A DNA stretch of 63,573 bases, filler included, from Cercozoa sp. M6MM (taxonomy: Eukaryota; Protista; Endomyxa: Ascetosporea): NCBI GenBank assembly GCA_040357565.1. It is 10 parts of 10 records of this genome, joined end to end, with 100 filler letters (N's around TTAATTAATTAA, not from the genome) between each part and the next. Parts side by side here need not be neighbours in the genome. Positions count along the whole stretch, not along the records: positions 1 to 15,507 come from JBDODJ010000304.1; 9 more parts are not named here. One strand, 5' to 3'. The notes under the pieces are model-generated. The model searched no databases. It saw only the letters and a list, made by a program, of their open reading frames with translations, and had not been told where the DNA came from. The number at the start of each line of letters is the position of its first letter. Position 1 is the first letter of the stretch. The translations under genes and the position numbers were made by a program. Shown here in pieces: positions 1 through 13,900 of the stretch.

Positions 1-2062
1 GCAGCTCAAGGCAGCGCCGACAACTTTGACGCCGAAGTCGACGCCGAAATCGACCGGATCCACAGCGATCGATCCGAATGAGATCAGTCCAAATTTCGCT
101 CAGTTTTGGCGTCGCTGGCACACGGTTTGCTTGTTTGCTTTGTGTTTTTTAAGGGGGCTTTTTTGACTCGTTTTTGATTTTTTTTTTTTGGATTTATATG
201 TACCACACACTTGTAGAACGAGCTGTGGGCACTGGACGATTGCCTCAAAGACACCTCAAGTAGCTTTTTTATTTTTGTTTTGTGTTTTATCTTGTCGATC
301 AAAATCGACACAGAGTTCGCAATCGCGCGTTTTGAGTGCTTTTTTGTGCTGTGAGCAGAGATTTTTGCTGTCGACTGCGCTCTACCGGTATGTTTTGCGT
401 TGCTTGCGAGCGCGAAAATGCAAGTGGTTGTGATTTTGTGATTTTGTGTTTTAACGGCAGGAAATCACGCGAGGCGGCCCACGCAGTTTGCAGAAATGTC
501 AGGAACGTCGCGTCGTTGTGTGCTTTGACTTTGCGCAGCGTGTGATTTTGGGTACAACAGACGACCGCTGTATTTCTTTGCTGTGCGCTACAACGGAGTT
601 GGTTTAGTGCTGGACGACAAGCTGAAGAGCCAGGTGCGCTGCGTCGAGAAAATGGCGGACGTTTCCTGTGTGGTACACTGTCGCTATTAGTTGTTTTATA
701 TTGTTGAGGTATATATTGTCGAAAATAATTTTTAAAAAATAGATATATATATATATATATATTATATATGTGTATATATATTATATGTGAGTGTGCATGA
801 GGGTTGTGCGGTTGCAGACACTCGGCATGGCGCTGCAGTACGTCGTTGTGACGGTGGGCCAGTCGAAGCGACTGCTGGTGACGAGGTGTGTTGTGCCATC
901 TAGTCTCTGCCTCCCCCCCCCTGACATTGACTGATTGACTGATTGACTGACTGATGGGTGGGAGTGCACAGGTGCGATCGGCGCACGCAGCAGTTGTGCG
1001 ATGCCTTCTCGCACTGTCTTGATGGCCTAGGTATCTCTTTTTGCCCCTTGCCCCTCTTTATCCCTCCCGTTTATTCCCCGGTGCAGTTGGCAGCGTCAAG
1101 ATCGAGAACGACGATCGCGACACGTTGGACGACCTGTCGTGCCAGGTAGGAGGACTGTCAGTACCTGTGTCAGTACCTCAGTGTGTCGTCACACAAGTGT
1201 CCAACAAGGCTGTTTTCTTTGTGAACACACAGGTCGTGTTTGCCGAGTCGTCGCAGGCGTTCGCGATGCTCCACGAGACGCGTTGTGCGCGCAACTTTGA
1301 GCGGCGGTGTGTTTACCCCCCTCTCTCGCCTCTGTTTACCCCCCCCCCCCTTTACCCCCCTTGTCTACCCCTCTGTGCAGTCAGCAGCAGCGCTTGCAGT
1401 TCGCCGAAGCGATTGCGACGCGTGCAGTGCCTGTCTCAGAACACGACGTCGACGACGACATGCGCGACTTTGCCGAGTCTATTGTACCTATAACTGTACC
1501 CGCTCTTAGCCCCTCTCTTTACCCCCTCCCTTGTGTTAAGGCGGGTCAGCAGACTTCGACGACGGCGGCTCCGTTGGCGCGCACTCTGTACATTGCCAAC
1601 AACGGCATCTTCCTGCTCGGTACTGCGGTGTCTTCTGGCCTCCCTTATCCATTTTGCCCTTGACCCCCCTTGACCCGCCTCCCCAGAGGACCGTCTGCCG
1701 ATCCTGGTGCGGTGGCGCAACTCAAATCAGCGACTGCCGATGCGTTTCGTCGTGCGCGATTCGATGCCGCTCGATGCCTTCCGATCACTCGAGTCAGTTT
1801 CCGTTGTTTGCTGTGAGTACAGGAGGCTAGAGAGTGTGTCTATCTGCATGCAGGCTGCATGACGACAAGGTCACTGTGACACTCAACTTTGTGGTCGGCA
1901 CTCACGATGTCTACCGGTAGGCTTTACTCCCTCCCCCTACTACTGTCGTCCTTTGATCCCCTGTCATGCTGCAGATGGCAACTCGAGATTCACGACGGCA
2001 CCTCAAAGCAGGAGCTGCGACGTTTCTTCGCTGCTCTGTCGCAGCGACAGGCCGCGGCGTGA
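1..2062 (+). CDS. Multi-exon hypothetical protein, 5' truncated by the window edge
   Basis: GT-AG splicing gives a continuous frame: QLKAAPTT...RRWHT|NELWALDDCLKDTSKIFAVDCALP|EITRGG...RVVVCFDFAQRVIL|VLDDKLKSQV...|...WQLEIHDGTSKQELRRFFAALSQRQAAA*, TGA at 2060-2062. No family recognised. Confidence 0.7.
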
Positions 2063-2941
2063 GTGAGGCTTGTGGGACAGAGAGAGTTTCGCTGTTTCGC
2101 ATTGTCTACCTGAGCCAACTGTGGTCCAAGCGAACCGTTATTCTAAAATGTACTGTATTTCGGCGTAACGTGTAGTTACAGCGGTACAGTAACAGCGTGT
2201 ACAGTACTAGTCAGAGCACGGTTTGAAACCGATCGGATTGATCATTGATCACAGTCGGGCACAACACCACCTATTCCGAGTGTTTTACGGGCTTTTACCA
2301 TGCGCCAAGTGCAAACAATAGCGTTTCAATGTGTTTCAACCGCCAAGAGCGACTGCTGGGCGCTTTCGGCACCAAGCGGCCCTTTTTTCGTATTTGTCGT
2401 TGATTGATTCCGTACGGTTTTGTGGCCACTGCTGATACCTTCGGCGATAAACGTCGGGCAGTTGCACGTTTTGTTGCCAACGCAGACGTTTGCAGACGCT
2501 GCTTGGTGCGTGAAACTTGTCTGTTTGTGCGAACTGATTTTTAGTTTTTTGCATTTGTTGGCATTTGCCGGCGTTTTTGCGGTCGCGTGGCCTAGTGCAC
2601 ATTGTCGAACGAGTGTCAGCATCCGCAAAAGTGGCGTGTTAGTTTAGATTCGCGCTCAAACGGACAATCTTGTTTGGAAGATTTCGCAGTTGGAACTCAG
2701 GCGGCTGGGGTCAGTTTGAAACTCGGCGTTTTTTCGTTTTTTGCCCAGAAGGTTCGGCTGGTCTGTTGCCATGCATTTAGAGCTGCCAAGTTAGTGGGTA
2801 TCTTCTAATGCGTTTGCTTGATTTGCAGGAAACCAAAGTTGGAGTTGAGTTGATTTATCGGTCCGGCGATGGACGACCACAAGCAGGCGACTGTGGACAA
2901 AGCAGTAGCTGCCGAGACAGCAACTGCTACCTTGGGAGAAA

Positions 2942-5900
2942 ATGAGGTATCGTTTGACTGCAAAAATGCTCACAAAGCTCGAAACAGTCGAAAGTGATAT
3001 TTCTCAGAAGCTGATTCCATCGACGGACAGTGAAAAGAACATCGACGTCCCAAACGAAGAGGCGGCTGCTTGCGATACGCTGCCGTCAATCTCGCTTCCG
3101 TTACCAATGCCTTCGATTCAGCAGCAAATCGAAGCACTACAAAAGGCAATGCCGCCGTCTGTTGAGCGTAAAGCACCTTTTTACTCAGTTTTTAGTCGAG
3201 TGAAAACTGAGTTGTTTTGCAGAGACGAAATCGAAGCGAGCCACGCGACGCAAGCGAGTCAACGTTCCTCGCAACGAAGATGACGAACCTGTGCCGAAGC
3301 GCCGACGTGGTCGCCCTCCAAAGAACCCGGTAAACCTGAATGTTTTTCTGACAATATGAGGCCACACAGATTGTTAATCAAAGCAGAACCGACCCAAGCG
3401 CAAGTACAACAAGACGAAAATCCAGGGCAAACGACCGAACACGAATCCGTTCCTTTTGTTCCTGTGCGAGCAACGCGAGCTACGCAAGCAGGCAGGTACC
3501 GACAGGCTCATTCGATTCAAGTTTGTTTTCACTTGAGAGTTCCTTCAGGCGAAACGCACATTCGCAACGCCGAACTGAGCAAGCAGCTGAGGTAACTCGT
3601 TGCCGCTGAGCCAAGATACCAGTGTCTTTCCAATGTGAGTTTGCTGTTGAATCCAGTTGTACGTGGCGCGAGATGACTGCCGAGCAGAAGCTGCCGTACA
3701 CACGACAGGCAGAGGTCAACAAGCGCAAGTACCGTCGTCTGGTAAGTCAACACAGGATTTCCACATGAGTGGAATGGTTCTAAACGACCTGCGGGCTCAC
3801 AGGTCTGGGAAGCACAGCAGCGCGAACGTCGCGAAAAAGGTCTCGAGCCGATTCCGTTTGTCGACGACACTGTTGTGGCCCCGGTCAGTTTTGACTCAGG
3901 AAATTGTATTTTTGCGGTTGAGTGGACACTGTTAGTAGACGCGGCGTCGCGGTGGTCTGCTGTCGCTGATCCAGCAGCCACAACACGCGATGCCAGTGGG
4001 CCCGGTAATCACGTCGCAGCAGCAGCAGCAGCAACTGATGCAAGCGATGCAGCAACGCATGGTGCAGTACTACATGCAGCACAACAACAGTCTACAACAA
4101 CAGCAGCAGCAGCAACTGCAACAACAACAGCAACTGCAACAACAGCAACTGCAACAACAACAGCAACTGCAACAACATCTGCAAGGTCGATCAACCAGCA
4201 GTCAAGACAACTCAAGTGTCGGTGACAACAACAGTGTCGAAACCACAGTCACCGAATCCGACAAGTTGCCTGTCGTTGTCTCTCGTGTACCCTTCACCCT
4301 CTCTATGTTATCCTTCCTCCCTCTTGGTACCCTGATACCTCTTCTCGTAGCGTCCTCCTGCGATCGACACGGATAATCACAGCAACAGCAGCTGCTGCGA
4401 GAATCAACAGCAGCAGCAGCAACAACAGCAGCAGCTGCAGCAGCAACAACAGCAGCCGCAGTCGCAGCAGGTGATGATGCTGATGTCGCCAACATGGAAC
4501 GATGGCACCACCTTCTTGTCTATGCCAAACACTCCCAGTGGAGGTATCCCGGCGCAGTGCTTATTTTGTATTATGGGATATCAAATAAAGTACCGTGTCA
4601 CACAGGACACTTCTTTGGAGGTTTCTTGAACTCAAGTGCACTGACGTCACCGATGAACCAGCAGCAGCAGGTTACTTCCAGTTCCGACAAGAACACCGAC
4701 GTGCCGCGTGCTGCCGAATCGGAAGACCCGACAGGTACCTCTCCCTTGAGTACGTTCAATTTCCTTTTGGTGAGCACATTTTACAGTCCCTGTTTTCCAA
4801 TAGTGCCGATGCAGCAGGCGCCGCTGCCGATGCCGTTGCCGATGCCGATGCAGCTGACACAAGTGCCGCCTGTCGGCGCTGGGGTTTTGCACTCGCAGAA
4901 CGTGCTTGCGGACAACTGCGACGGCAAAACGACTCTGCTACCCTTCGTGCCTGGTACACTTTCTATGCAGTCTCATCTTTAGTTTTTATACCCTCTCCGC
5001 GACCTAGAACACCCGGAGACACGCGACCCCGAGACCAACGAGCGCGTGTTCACGTGTCTCGTGTGCAACAAAATCTATCGCAGCAAGAGTGGTTTGCTCA
5101 CACACCAGCGCACTCGGTATCACTCGTCTCCCTCAACAAAGCGTGTTCACACTGCGTAAGTGTAGTCACATGACGCCTGAGAAGGGCACGCCCTTCGTGT
5201 GCTCTCTCTGTGGCAAACGCTTCGCTTGGCAGTCGGCACTCGACAAGCACATGCGTTCCCATCGTTCACATGTACAACTTCCTCCTCTCGTTAAGTTTAT
5301 GTCTGTAGCCGACTAATGATATGGTTGCTTTTTCAGGTGGAAAAGCAGCGAATCGAGGCGCAGTTCCTTGCTCGCAACGCCCCCAGTGCGTGTACGTTTT
5401 TGCTCTCTCCGAGTGCCTATATACAAAGGTGCGTACTTTATGCAGGGATGTCGATGCGTATGCCCATGCTGTCGAATGTGCTGCCGCAAGGGTACAGTTT
5501 CTCTCCCCTCTCCATCCGCGTTGTCTCAGTTCTTAACTCTCGGCGTGTCGCACAGAATGTCGATGCCGCCGATCCCGTTGCCGGACAATACAATGCCAAA
5601 CAGTGTCGGCAGCAGTTTCTTGCACATGATGGCGCAGCGACCGCAGCAGCAACAACAGCACTCTGGTGAGAAGGACAGCAGCAACAACCCGGCCCAGACT
5701 GTTCAAGGCGATGTGAGTGCTCCAGTCAATGCCGAGTCAGGCGGTGCTGCAGTTCCTGCAGCTGCTGCACTCGACTCGGCCATGTGCGGCGGTGATGCCA
5801 GCTTGATCGAAGAGCAAGCCGGCCGCGACGCGGCTCACTGTGATCAACAATCCCGGCAGAGTGAGTCGACAGCTGAGTCAAAAGGCAAGCAGCAACTGCA

Positions 5901-5943
5901 GTCAGGCCGCTCAGACGACGTGCCGTTAGCGATCGTTGCTTGA
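2942..5943 (+). CDS. Transcription factor with AT-hook, HMG box, poly-Q tracts and two C2H2 zinc fingers
   Basis: AT-hook PKRRRGRPPK (~3296-3326). Spliced HMG box KRPNTNPFLLFLCEQR...NAELSKQLSCTWREMTAEQKLPYTRQAEVNKRKY (~3425-3740). C2H2 fingers FTCLVCNKIYRSKSGLLTHQRTH and FVCSLCGKRFAWQSALDKHMRSH (~5050-5265). CAG/CAA poly-Q at 4016-4175 and 4375-4470. Start uncertain. Confidence 0.8.
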
Positions 5944-6146
5944 ACTTTGCAGATTCTGGCAGCTCGAGACGGATGATGGAACCCATTTAGCGACTCAGAA
6001 CTGACGAGAACTGACGTGTGTCAAGTTCTCTTTAATGGACTATACGATATGTTATATTTCAACAGGAGGTTAGATACAAATTTGCACAGTTTACTTAAGT
6101 TAGTACTGCCTGTTGATTAATTTTCAAATGCAACTAAGTAAACCAA

Positions 6147-9100
6147 TCAGCGAGACATCATTGTCACGGTTACTTTCACGCGGTTGGAACTTTCTGTCGC
6201 CTCATCGGCAGTAGTCCCACTCACACTAGTAGTGCAAAACGCGCTATCTGAATCTTCGCCCATCGCGCCAGTCGAAATTGTGCCGGTTGAGACGCTTTCG
6301 GCAGCGCTCGTGTAGACACTGTTGTCCTCGAGATTCTCTGCGAGCAAGGCACGTTTCAGTGCACCGTCGTCTTTGTGGACCAACAACACTATCTCGGCGG
6401 CAGAGTAGCCTGAAAAGACTCGGTGACAACGGTATTGAACCGATAAACTTGCTCAAGACATTTTCGTACCAGTGAGACTGCGCAAAGCGTGACTGATGGA
6501 GCTGAGGTCCCTCTCAGCTCTCCATGCGCACAGTGTTGCGAAGCGCCGCGCCCTGCCAACCACCCCAACCTTTTTGAATTCGGGGAAGCAGGGTTGATCG
6601 ATACCATGTATGCTTCTGCTTCGTCGTGAAGGCAAATTTGGCCGTCTGGAGGAGTGTTTGTACCCAAAAACGCACAGGATTGTGTGCCATCACGTCCATC
6701 GACTCGAACAATGCCAAAAGCACTTCTTTGTCGTTGCTTTCTTTCTCGGTGTCGATATCATGCAGGGAGCTTAGCTTTTGGAACAGCACGTCCGACAGCG
6801 CTCCTTTCTTTCGTCTGCTTAATGCATTTCGGACACATCGCCACAGCGAGTAGCTTCTGTCATCCAGACACGCATACAGCACTGTACAAAGTAGGCGTGA
6901 TTTTACCCTTTGGTAACGAAGCTGATCCAATAGCTTAGAGCTGCTGCCTTTTTCTTCCTGCTAGAATCTCCCCAAATTGGTTATTGCGAGCTTTTGCAAT
7001 TGATTACCTGTGCAGCTGCAAAGATGACATTATTAAACAAGCTAATTTTTCAAATCGAGGATAACTTTAGTACCAGTTTGGACACAGCTCGAAGGACACC
7101 TCTCCTTGACTGGGGTGTCTCTGTATCCAACCAAAAAGAAACACAAGAACGTTGCATTTCGGCCTTTCGAGAAGGTCGATCTAAACTCGAACAAACCTTC
7201 CGACTGTCGTCGAGCCTGAATTCGCTTGATTAACAGCGTCGCCGTGCTTTCGGTCGTGATTCCTTTCTGCGGTTCCTCAAGTTCATGCATCATGCTCTCG
7301 ACGGAACAGTGATCCTAAAGCTACCTCGACAAGGTGACTCGCTAACGCAGACACTGTGTTGTCGATTTCGAGCCGCGAGCACCTGGTCGAACAAAAGGAG
7401 ATCATCTCTGTTCCCTCCGCAGTTGAGCAATCACGAGAGAACTGTGCACCATTGTGAAAACACATTGCCGTCGTTGCGTCGACTGATGCATGCTGCCAAA
7501 GCTCCCAGGAAGCGCACGTCCTCTTTTGTGCAAGTGAGAGTGGCCAACTCTCTCCCAAGCAAACTGAGAAAGACAACTGACAGATCCTTCTAATTTACAG
7601 TGCTTTTACAGGTCGGATGGCCGCATCAGCATGCTGATTTCGAATGCAACTGACTTGCCCATCTGTAAACAACGTCAACCGAGAGCTACTTGCCCATCTG
7701 TAAAGAGTCAACATTCAGATACCGAATGGTATCGCGAGAAGCTGCTTTGCGTCGAAAAGTGTTTTTGTGTCTACGTGAATGCACGTCTTATCTTTGGAAA
7801 ACGGCATCGAAGAAACAGCGGGCTGGAAGTGAACCGACCAAAAACCACAGATCACGCTCGACTTGCTGAACAGCATCTTCAATGCCGTTGCTGTCGGGAT
7901 CGAAGATTGCATCTACAGGCTGCAGCTTTCCTTTGTTGTCTTGGTGCACAATGCGACTGTCGTACAGCAGTAGATATGCTATTCAGAAATACAAGTTCAG
8001 AAATAGCAAAAAGAACGCGAAAACGCTGTTGATTGCTATTCGCTGTCCGACTGTTTTCTGCAAATACCCAATAAAACGTCGCAAGAATCTGGCTAACCTC
8101 ACGTCCGGTATATGTAGAAACTGACTTGCCTTATGCAGGACGTGCACCACAACGGAAAGGAAGCGCGTTAGTTTGTCCACGTTGACAGCACTGCTCGGGT
8201 TCTGCGTGGCTTCGTAGTACTTGTGCAGGATGGCCGCATTCTTTTGCGCGCTAAAAGTTCGTGTGTTTTCGCCGGTGCACGTACTTCTCGTGCCAAATAG
8301 TACACTTACAATCAAAAAAAAGTCAACCCGGGAGAGCAAGAAAAACATACGGAGCGTAGATGCCAAAGTCGCAATCGTTCTTCAAGTACGGGATTGGGTC
8401 CAAGTAGACACCGAGCGAGCTGTTGGAGTGACTTGCCACTGTGTTGGCGCTGAAGGTTGTGCTCGTGCCAGGGCGACTGTTGCTGTACCAGTTGAGAACG
8501 CTATGCGCACTGAGAGCAGAGGTGAACAGCGTGCTTTGGCTGCACTTTTCGTTGTCGAAGCCCTTTAGTTTCGGGTTGTTTTTCTTGTCTCCAACATCAT
8601 CAGTTGAATGATGCAAACGACGACTGCAGTTCTCGCTTGAACTGAAACCGTCGGAATCGAAGCTCGTGTCCAAAGTTAAAAAGTTTGCACTGTCGAAGTC
8701 GATTTCATCGTGCGAGAACGAAGCGAAACGATTCGGAATCGACGAAGTCACCTCCAACATTGCGCTGACAGCTTGCTCCATTTCAATTTTCAGTGACGCT
8801 CTTCTTGCGATTGTTTTCTGCAATTTGCCTTCGCTGGTTGTCTCACGTTTCGTGCGGTTTCGCCTTCGTGAATTCAATTCAAGCAGGTCGGACTTCAACC
8901 TGTCGTCTTGCTCGAAAAACACTTTCAGTGGGGGAGGCTCGCTCTCTTCCTCTCCACTGTTGCTGATACTGCAGTCGGTCTCCGCACTGCTCATAGCCTT
9001 TGGCGCTTTCGCCGAACTCCTCCTCCTTGTATGCGCGTAAGGCCCACATGCGCCGCAGAAGCGTCCCGTCAACCCGGCGACTGAACAGTTTCGAAAAATA

Positions 9101-9293
9101 GGCACAAAGGTTTAAAAAAAGCGAAAGTAGACGAACTCGCTGCAGCTGTTTTTGGACGCCGGATTTCCTGCCGCTTCAGCATGAATTGACGTTGCTGTCC
9201 CCAGCGACGCGCTCGAGCTTTCACTTCGGCGACTCGCTTTTCTCGCTCAGCTTGTCGCATGTGCGCTCTCAGTGCCAGGGGATTACAAGACAT
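6147..9293 (-). CDS. Large multi-exon hypothetical protein (may be two genes)
   Basis: Chain of long minus-strand open segments (e.g. 8323-9105, 6514-6930, 6147-6389) flanked by plausible GT/AG sites. No recognisable domain; model not fully resolved. Confidence 0.45.
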
Positions 9294-9455
9294 GTCACCA
9301 CGCACCGTAGAATTCGCGAGCGCACCTAAAAACCTCCTAAAATGAGACGTTGCGTCAGAGTAAATCGATTTCTGCGTTTCGCCCCAACAAGAGAAACCTC
9401 AGCGACAAATTGTGGCAGTACATATTGTGCTCACGGTAACTAAATTGGACTGCTA

Positions 9456-10664
9456 ATGACAATTGCTGTGCGCCTGCGAAATACAGAGGCTGCTCAGCAA
9501 GGTAATATCGATCGTTGTGTGTTGTTCTGGTGTTGTTTTATTTTTGTGTCATCATCTGGGGTCATTGCAGAATGCGTGTGTCCGGTGTGCCTGGACACGT
9601 TGTCGGACACTGTGTTTGTTCGAGGCTGCATGCATCGGTACCTGTTGCCGGAAACTCTTACCTAGAATCCAGTTGTTTGTTTTTCTTGCCGATTAGTTTC
9701 TGCGAAGCGTGTTTGATGGGTGCCCTGAGACACCAACAAGGTCTTTTACCTTCGTTTATTTATCTGCAAATCTTGTGACTGTCTTTCGCGTTTAAAGGCA
9801 ACGAAAAACGGTGTCCAACATGCCGTGAACCGATTGCTTCCAAGGTTCCATCGGCTTTGTTCTCAAGCTGAGCTTGCTTACTGCTGTGCTTGTAGAGACA
9901 CCTGATCCGGGATGTGAAATTCGACGAAATCGTCACTGTCATCACAAAACTCGTAAAATTACAACTTTTTCCTTTTTGGTTTGTTCTCTGTCTTGATTTT
10001 CTCACATTCTCAAGTAGGCATCCTCTTCGTCGAGCAACGCAGCCGAAACGCGAAAAAACAACTTTGCGCGCGAGTTCGCTCAGCGCGCTCGTTTGCTGCG
10101 CGAACGACAGCTCAAACTTTCGCGAAACTTCGACGAAGCTTCGGTGAATAGCTCGTCTGCTCAGTCACAGCAGCTTTCAGCCGAGCGAGCAGAGGACGGT
10201 ATGGCACCCATCCGTCGGCAAGTCACGATGCTCCGTATCCCGCAACTCAATGACCGCGTGCTTCGCGTATTGTTTTCATTTGCTTCTTTGCATTCGTTGC
10301 CTTCTTTCTCGTTGATCGCATGCTCTCTTTAGGTTCCTGACCGCACAACGATCGCGCAACTTCTGACTTATGTGGTAGCGTTCTGACTTGGTGTTCTGTC
10401 CAACTACAACACGTGTCATACAGAAAGCTCAACTGCCACAAGCCAACGGGCTGCGACTGCGGCTAAAGCAGCGCTCGGATCTGCCGTTGTTGCCCGAGAT
10501 ACTCACGGTACACTGTTAGCTTTCAACGCAGTCGTTTGGCTCCGTTCAAGTGTCGGAGTCTCTTGTTGTGTGGTTAGGTGCGAGACGTTCGCGAAAGTAT
10601 CGATGCGACCGTGCTCACACTGGAAGTCGCATTAGCAACCTCCAACACCAGCGCCAGACCCTAG
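9456..10664 (+). CDS. RING1: RING1/RNF2-like E3 ligase (PRC1 core) with C-terminal RAWUL-like region
   Basis: Spliced: ECVCPVCLDTLSDTVFVRGCMHR|FCEACLMGALRHQQ|GNEKRCPTCREPIASK|RHLIRDVKFDEIV. This matches the RING1 signature (CLHRFC..CI..ALR.GNKECPTCR...SKRSLR.DPNFD). C-terminal DRVLR|VPDRTTIAQLLTYV|KAQL resembles RAWUL. TAG at 10662-10664. Confidence 0.75.
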
Positions 10665-10936
10665 CATGATTTGTTAGTAACGCGGCGACCTGCCTGTACC
10701 GTACGCGTACAGCCGAGCGCATTCGTAGCTAACCCTAGCATCGTACGTGTACAGGTGAGGGTACGGTCGGGTGCGAGAGATGCATCGCATATCGTGTATA
10801 CATAAAGCGAGCCCCAAGCGATCGCAAAACTTCGGTGCAGTGCGGTTATTCAACGTCACTTTGGTGGCGCCGGTGGCGCCCGTTGCGTTGGCAGTGCGCT
10901 CTGTTGTACGTATCGGGAGACCTGGCGGGGTTAAAT

Positions 10937-13900
10937 TTACTCCTGCGACGTGGCTTCCCGCTCGACGCCGACACGCAACTTCTTGCCACCGAGAATCTTA
11001 CCCCAGCCTGACAAAAAAGAGCGATGTTAACGCCTTGAAAAGAGCGAACGAGGCCGTGTACCAATCAGGCGCCACTTGTCACCAAGCTTGCGCGAAAGAG
11101 CGAGCTTCTCACCTGTCATTTTCAAAAAAGGTCCAGAGACGCTCATCGAAACAATGGAGGGTCGCGAAAAAGTACCAATGGCGCAGCACACGGGCTTGCG
11201 CAGGCGCAGCTTGGCAAGATCGCGCTTCACCTGCAAACAAGCATGGGAGGTGAGCATGTGTAATACATAAGGTTCAGGTTCAATAAAGTCTGGTGTTACA
11301 GCAACGACGTGGCAGCCAGTCGAGGTCGAGCCAATGTTGACCATGAGCGTCTCGTTCCTCTCGAGATTCTCAATCGCCGTCTTCTTCTTCTTGCCTGTCA
11401 AATAACATTCGACTCACACAGGCATCATTTAAGAACAAAGACAAAGAGGAGAAGCTACTGCGCTTCTTGTCGCGCGATTCCTCACGCACGCCGAGCTGCA
11501 GTAACAAGCACAGGCCAGTCACCAATGTCACACCGAGAAGAATCACGAGAAGAGTCCACACAAGAGTCCAAACGCACCAGACGCAGCAACAGGAAGAACG
11601 AGATCTCGAGCTCGACCAGGATGTCCGGCAGCGTGCCAACAGCGCCAAGCTGCAGTGTGTGCCAAGCTCAGCAAACACTCTCCCAGACAGTGCAAACAAC
11701 ACGCAAGTCGCTAACGTACCACATTGCCAACCAGTGCGTCGGAACGCGAAAGTGACGGGTCGATCTTGGTACCCACACCCACGAGACCTGGAGAAACGAA
11801 CGTGGTCGATTCGACCACAATCGAACACAGAAATACAAAAGGCGTAAACTACCGCCAGTCACGGCAAACTGCAGCTGGTTCTGATCGGCCTTGAGTTCCA
11901 CCACCCTGCTCAAAAAGGTCTCCACAACACTCAGCAAAGTGGTCAAGTGAGCGAACGCACTTGGAACGCAGCGGCTCGCACACCATGGTGGCCTTGCCCG
12001 TGGCCGGGTTGTGCACCCTGCAGAAAGGAAACACAAGTGCACCAACAGTACTTCATACCAGCGAAGTATTAAAGTACTTGTGCACACGGCCAGGTCGGAT
12101 CTCGACCTCATCGCCCACACGGAGCACACCGCGCGTGATGGTGCCACCGACGACACCGCCCTTGATGTCCTCGATCGCCATACCCGGCATGTTCACATCG
12201 AACGAGCGGATGATAATGAGACGCGCTGAAACCAAACGGAAAATACGGAAAAATACACGCACAACAGAGAACAAAAAGAAAGCATACGCGACGACTTGAA
12301 ATCGCGCTTCGGCATCGGCACGCGCTTGACCAGGTACTGCACACACACACAAGAACAACGGCTCATCAGACAACACATCAAAGCGAGTCTATCAAAGCGA
12401 GTCTATAGAAGCGAGTCTAGGCACACGGGGTACCTCGCAGAGCACGTCGGTGTTGTAGCCTAGCTGGGCCGACCTGAGTGATACAAAGATAGACCAGCCT
12501 CAAAACGAAGGCGCTTGCGACTTGCGTACATTGGGATGATCGGCGAGTCGCCGGCGACACTGCCGTCGGTGAAGGCGCGAATGTCCTCGTACTGAGCGGC
12601 AGCCTCGGCCTCCTTGACGAGATCGACCTGCACCAACCCATAATATATATATATACATGTAGATAAAAATATATAACAAGGATATGAAAAGGCGAACAAA
12701 CCTTGTTCTGCACGATGATGACGTTCTCGAGCTTCATGATCTCCACAGCAGCCTGCAAGCACCGGAAGCTTTCATGCAAGCCAGACAGGGAATGAACGCA
12801 AGCGAAAACAGAATCAGTTTACCAAGTGCTCCGACGTCTGCGGCTGCGGACACTTCTCGTTCGCGGCCACCAACAGCAACGCCTGTTTGAATCGGTTCAT
12901 CCAGTCCAATTCGATCAATTCGACTCAGGTGAGGAAGGACAAAGCTACGGCATCCATAACAGCGGCGCCGTTAAGCATCGTCGCCATGAACACGTCGTGA
13001 CCCGGACAGTCAACTGCAAGATGCAAACATACTCTCGTTCAAAAGAACACAACGCATTGTTTACCGAAAGAGACATGACGCTGCAGTCGCAGCTTGCCGG
13101 TCTTGCAGCGCGGGCAATCAATGCCCTGTTCAAGCGACGTGCATACACAGCCCACAAACCAATAATTGAATTGTTCAACTTTACCGTGTCCGGGTGGTCC
13201 GAGCTGAACGACGAGTACTTGGCCTATTCGCAATAACCCCATCTTTACTCAAAAAAGACAAAAGTAAAGCAAAGAAAAGCAAAGCAAACTCAATTTAAAA
13301 AATAAAAATTAAATAGCTTTTGACGTACCGGTCGCACACACGTCGGCGAATCGCAAGCGTAGATCTTGGCGTTCGCGTAACCGAGCTTGATCGTAATGTT
13401 ACGCTCCAGCTCGCTGCGGAACCTGCGAGAGAAAACAAAAACGATCAGTCGACCAAAAACAAAAAGGTTGAAACAAACTGTACTTTTGAGTGGACACGCC
13501 CGACAGCGCCTTCACAAGGGTCGACTTGCCGTGCGCCACATGACCAATCGTACCAATGTTGATCTGCAATACCCCATTTGAGAAGCATCAAAGTTGACAG
13601 AAAATATACAAAGAAGTTACCGTGGCCTGTCGCGACATGACCTCCGGCGTCAGCGGCGTCAGCGTGTTGACATCTGCAGACCGGGACGTTCACACACGAA
13701 CGCACAAGCTGCATACAAAAACTCACCGAGCTTGTCAAGCGATTGGACGGCGAGACCGGTCTCGTCCACGGGGATCTAAAAAGAAACAACAAGAAAATGC
13801 AAACACGCAAGAAATTGACAGAATAATTGAGCAGCACGCACGGCAACGTGTGCATAATTGTGTGCATACGTTCGGGGCCGCGCTCAGGCACTCTGGCCCG

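Noticed and set aside
2151-2212. Hairpin followed by CTAGT, as at a Helitron 3' end
   Set aside because: The hairpin is imperfect, there is no second copy in the window and no 5' TC end can be identified.
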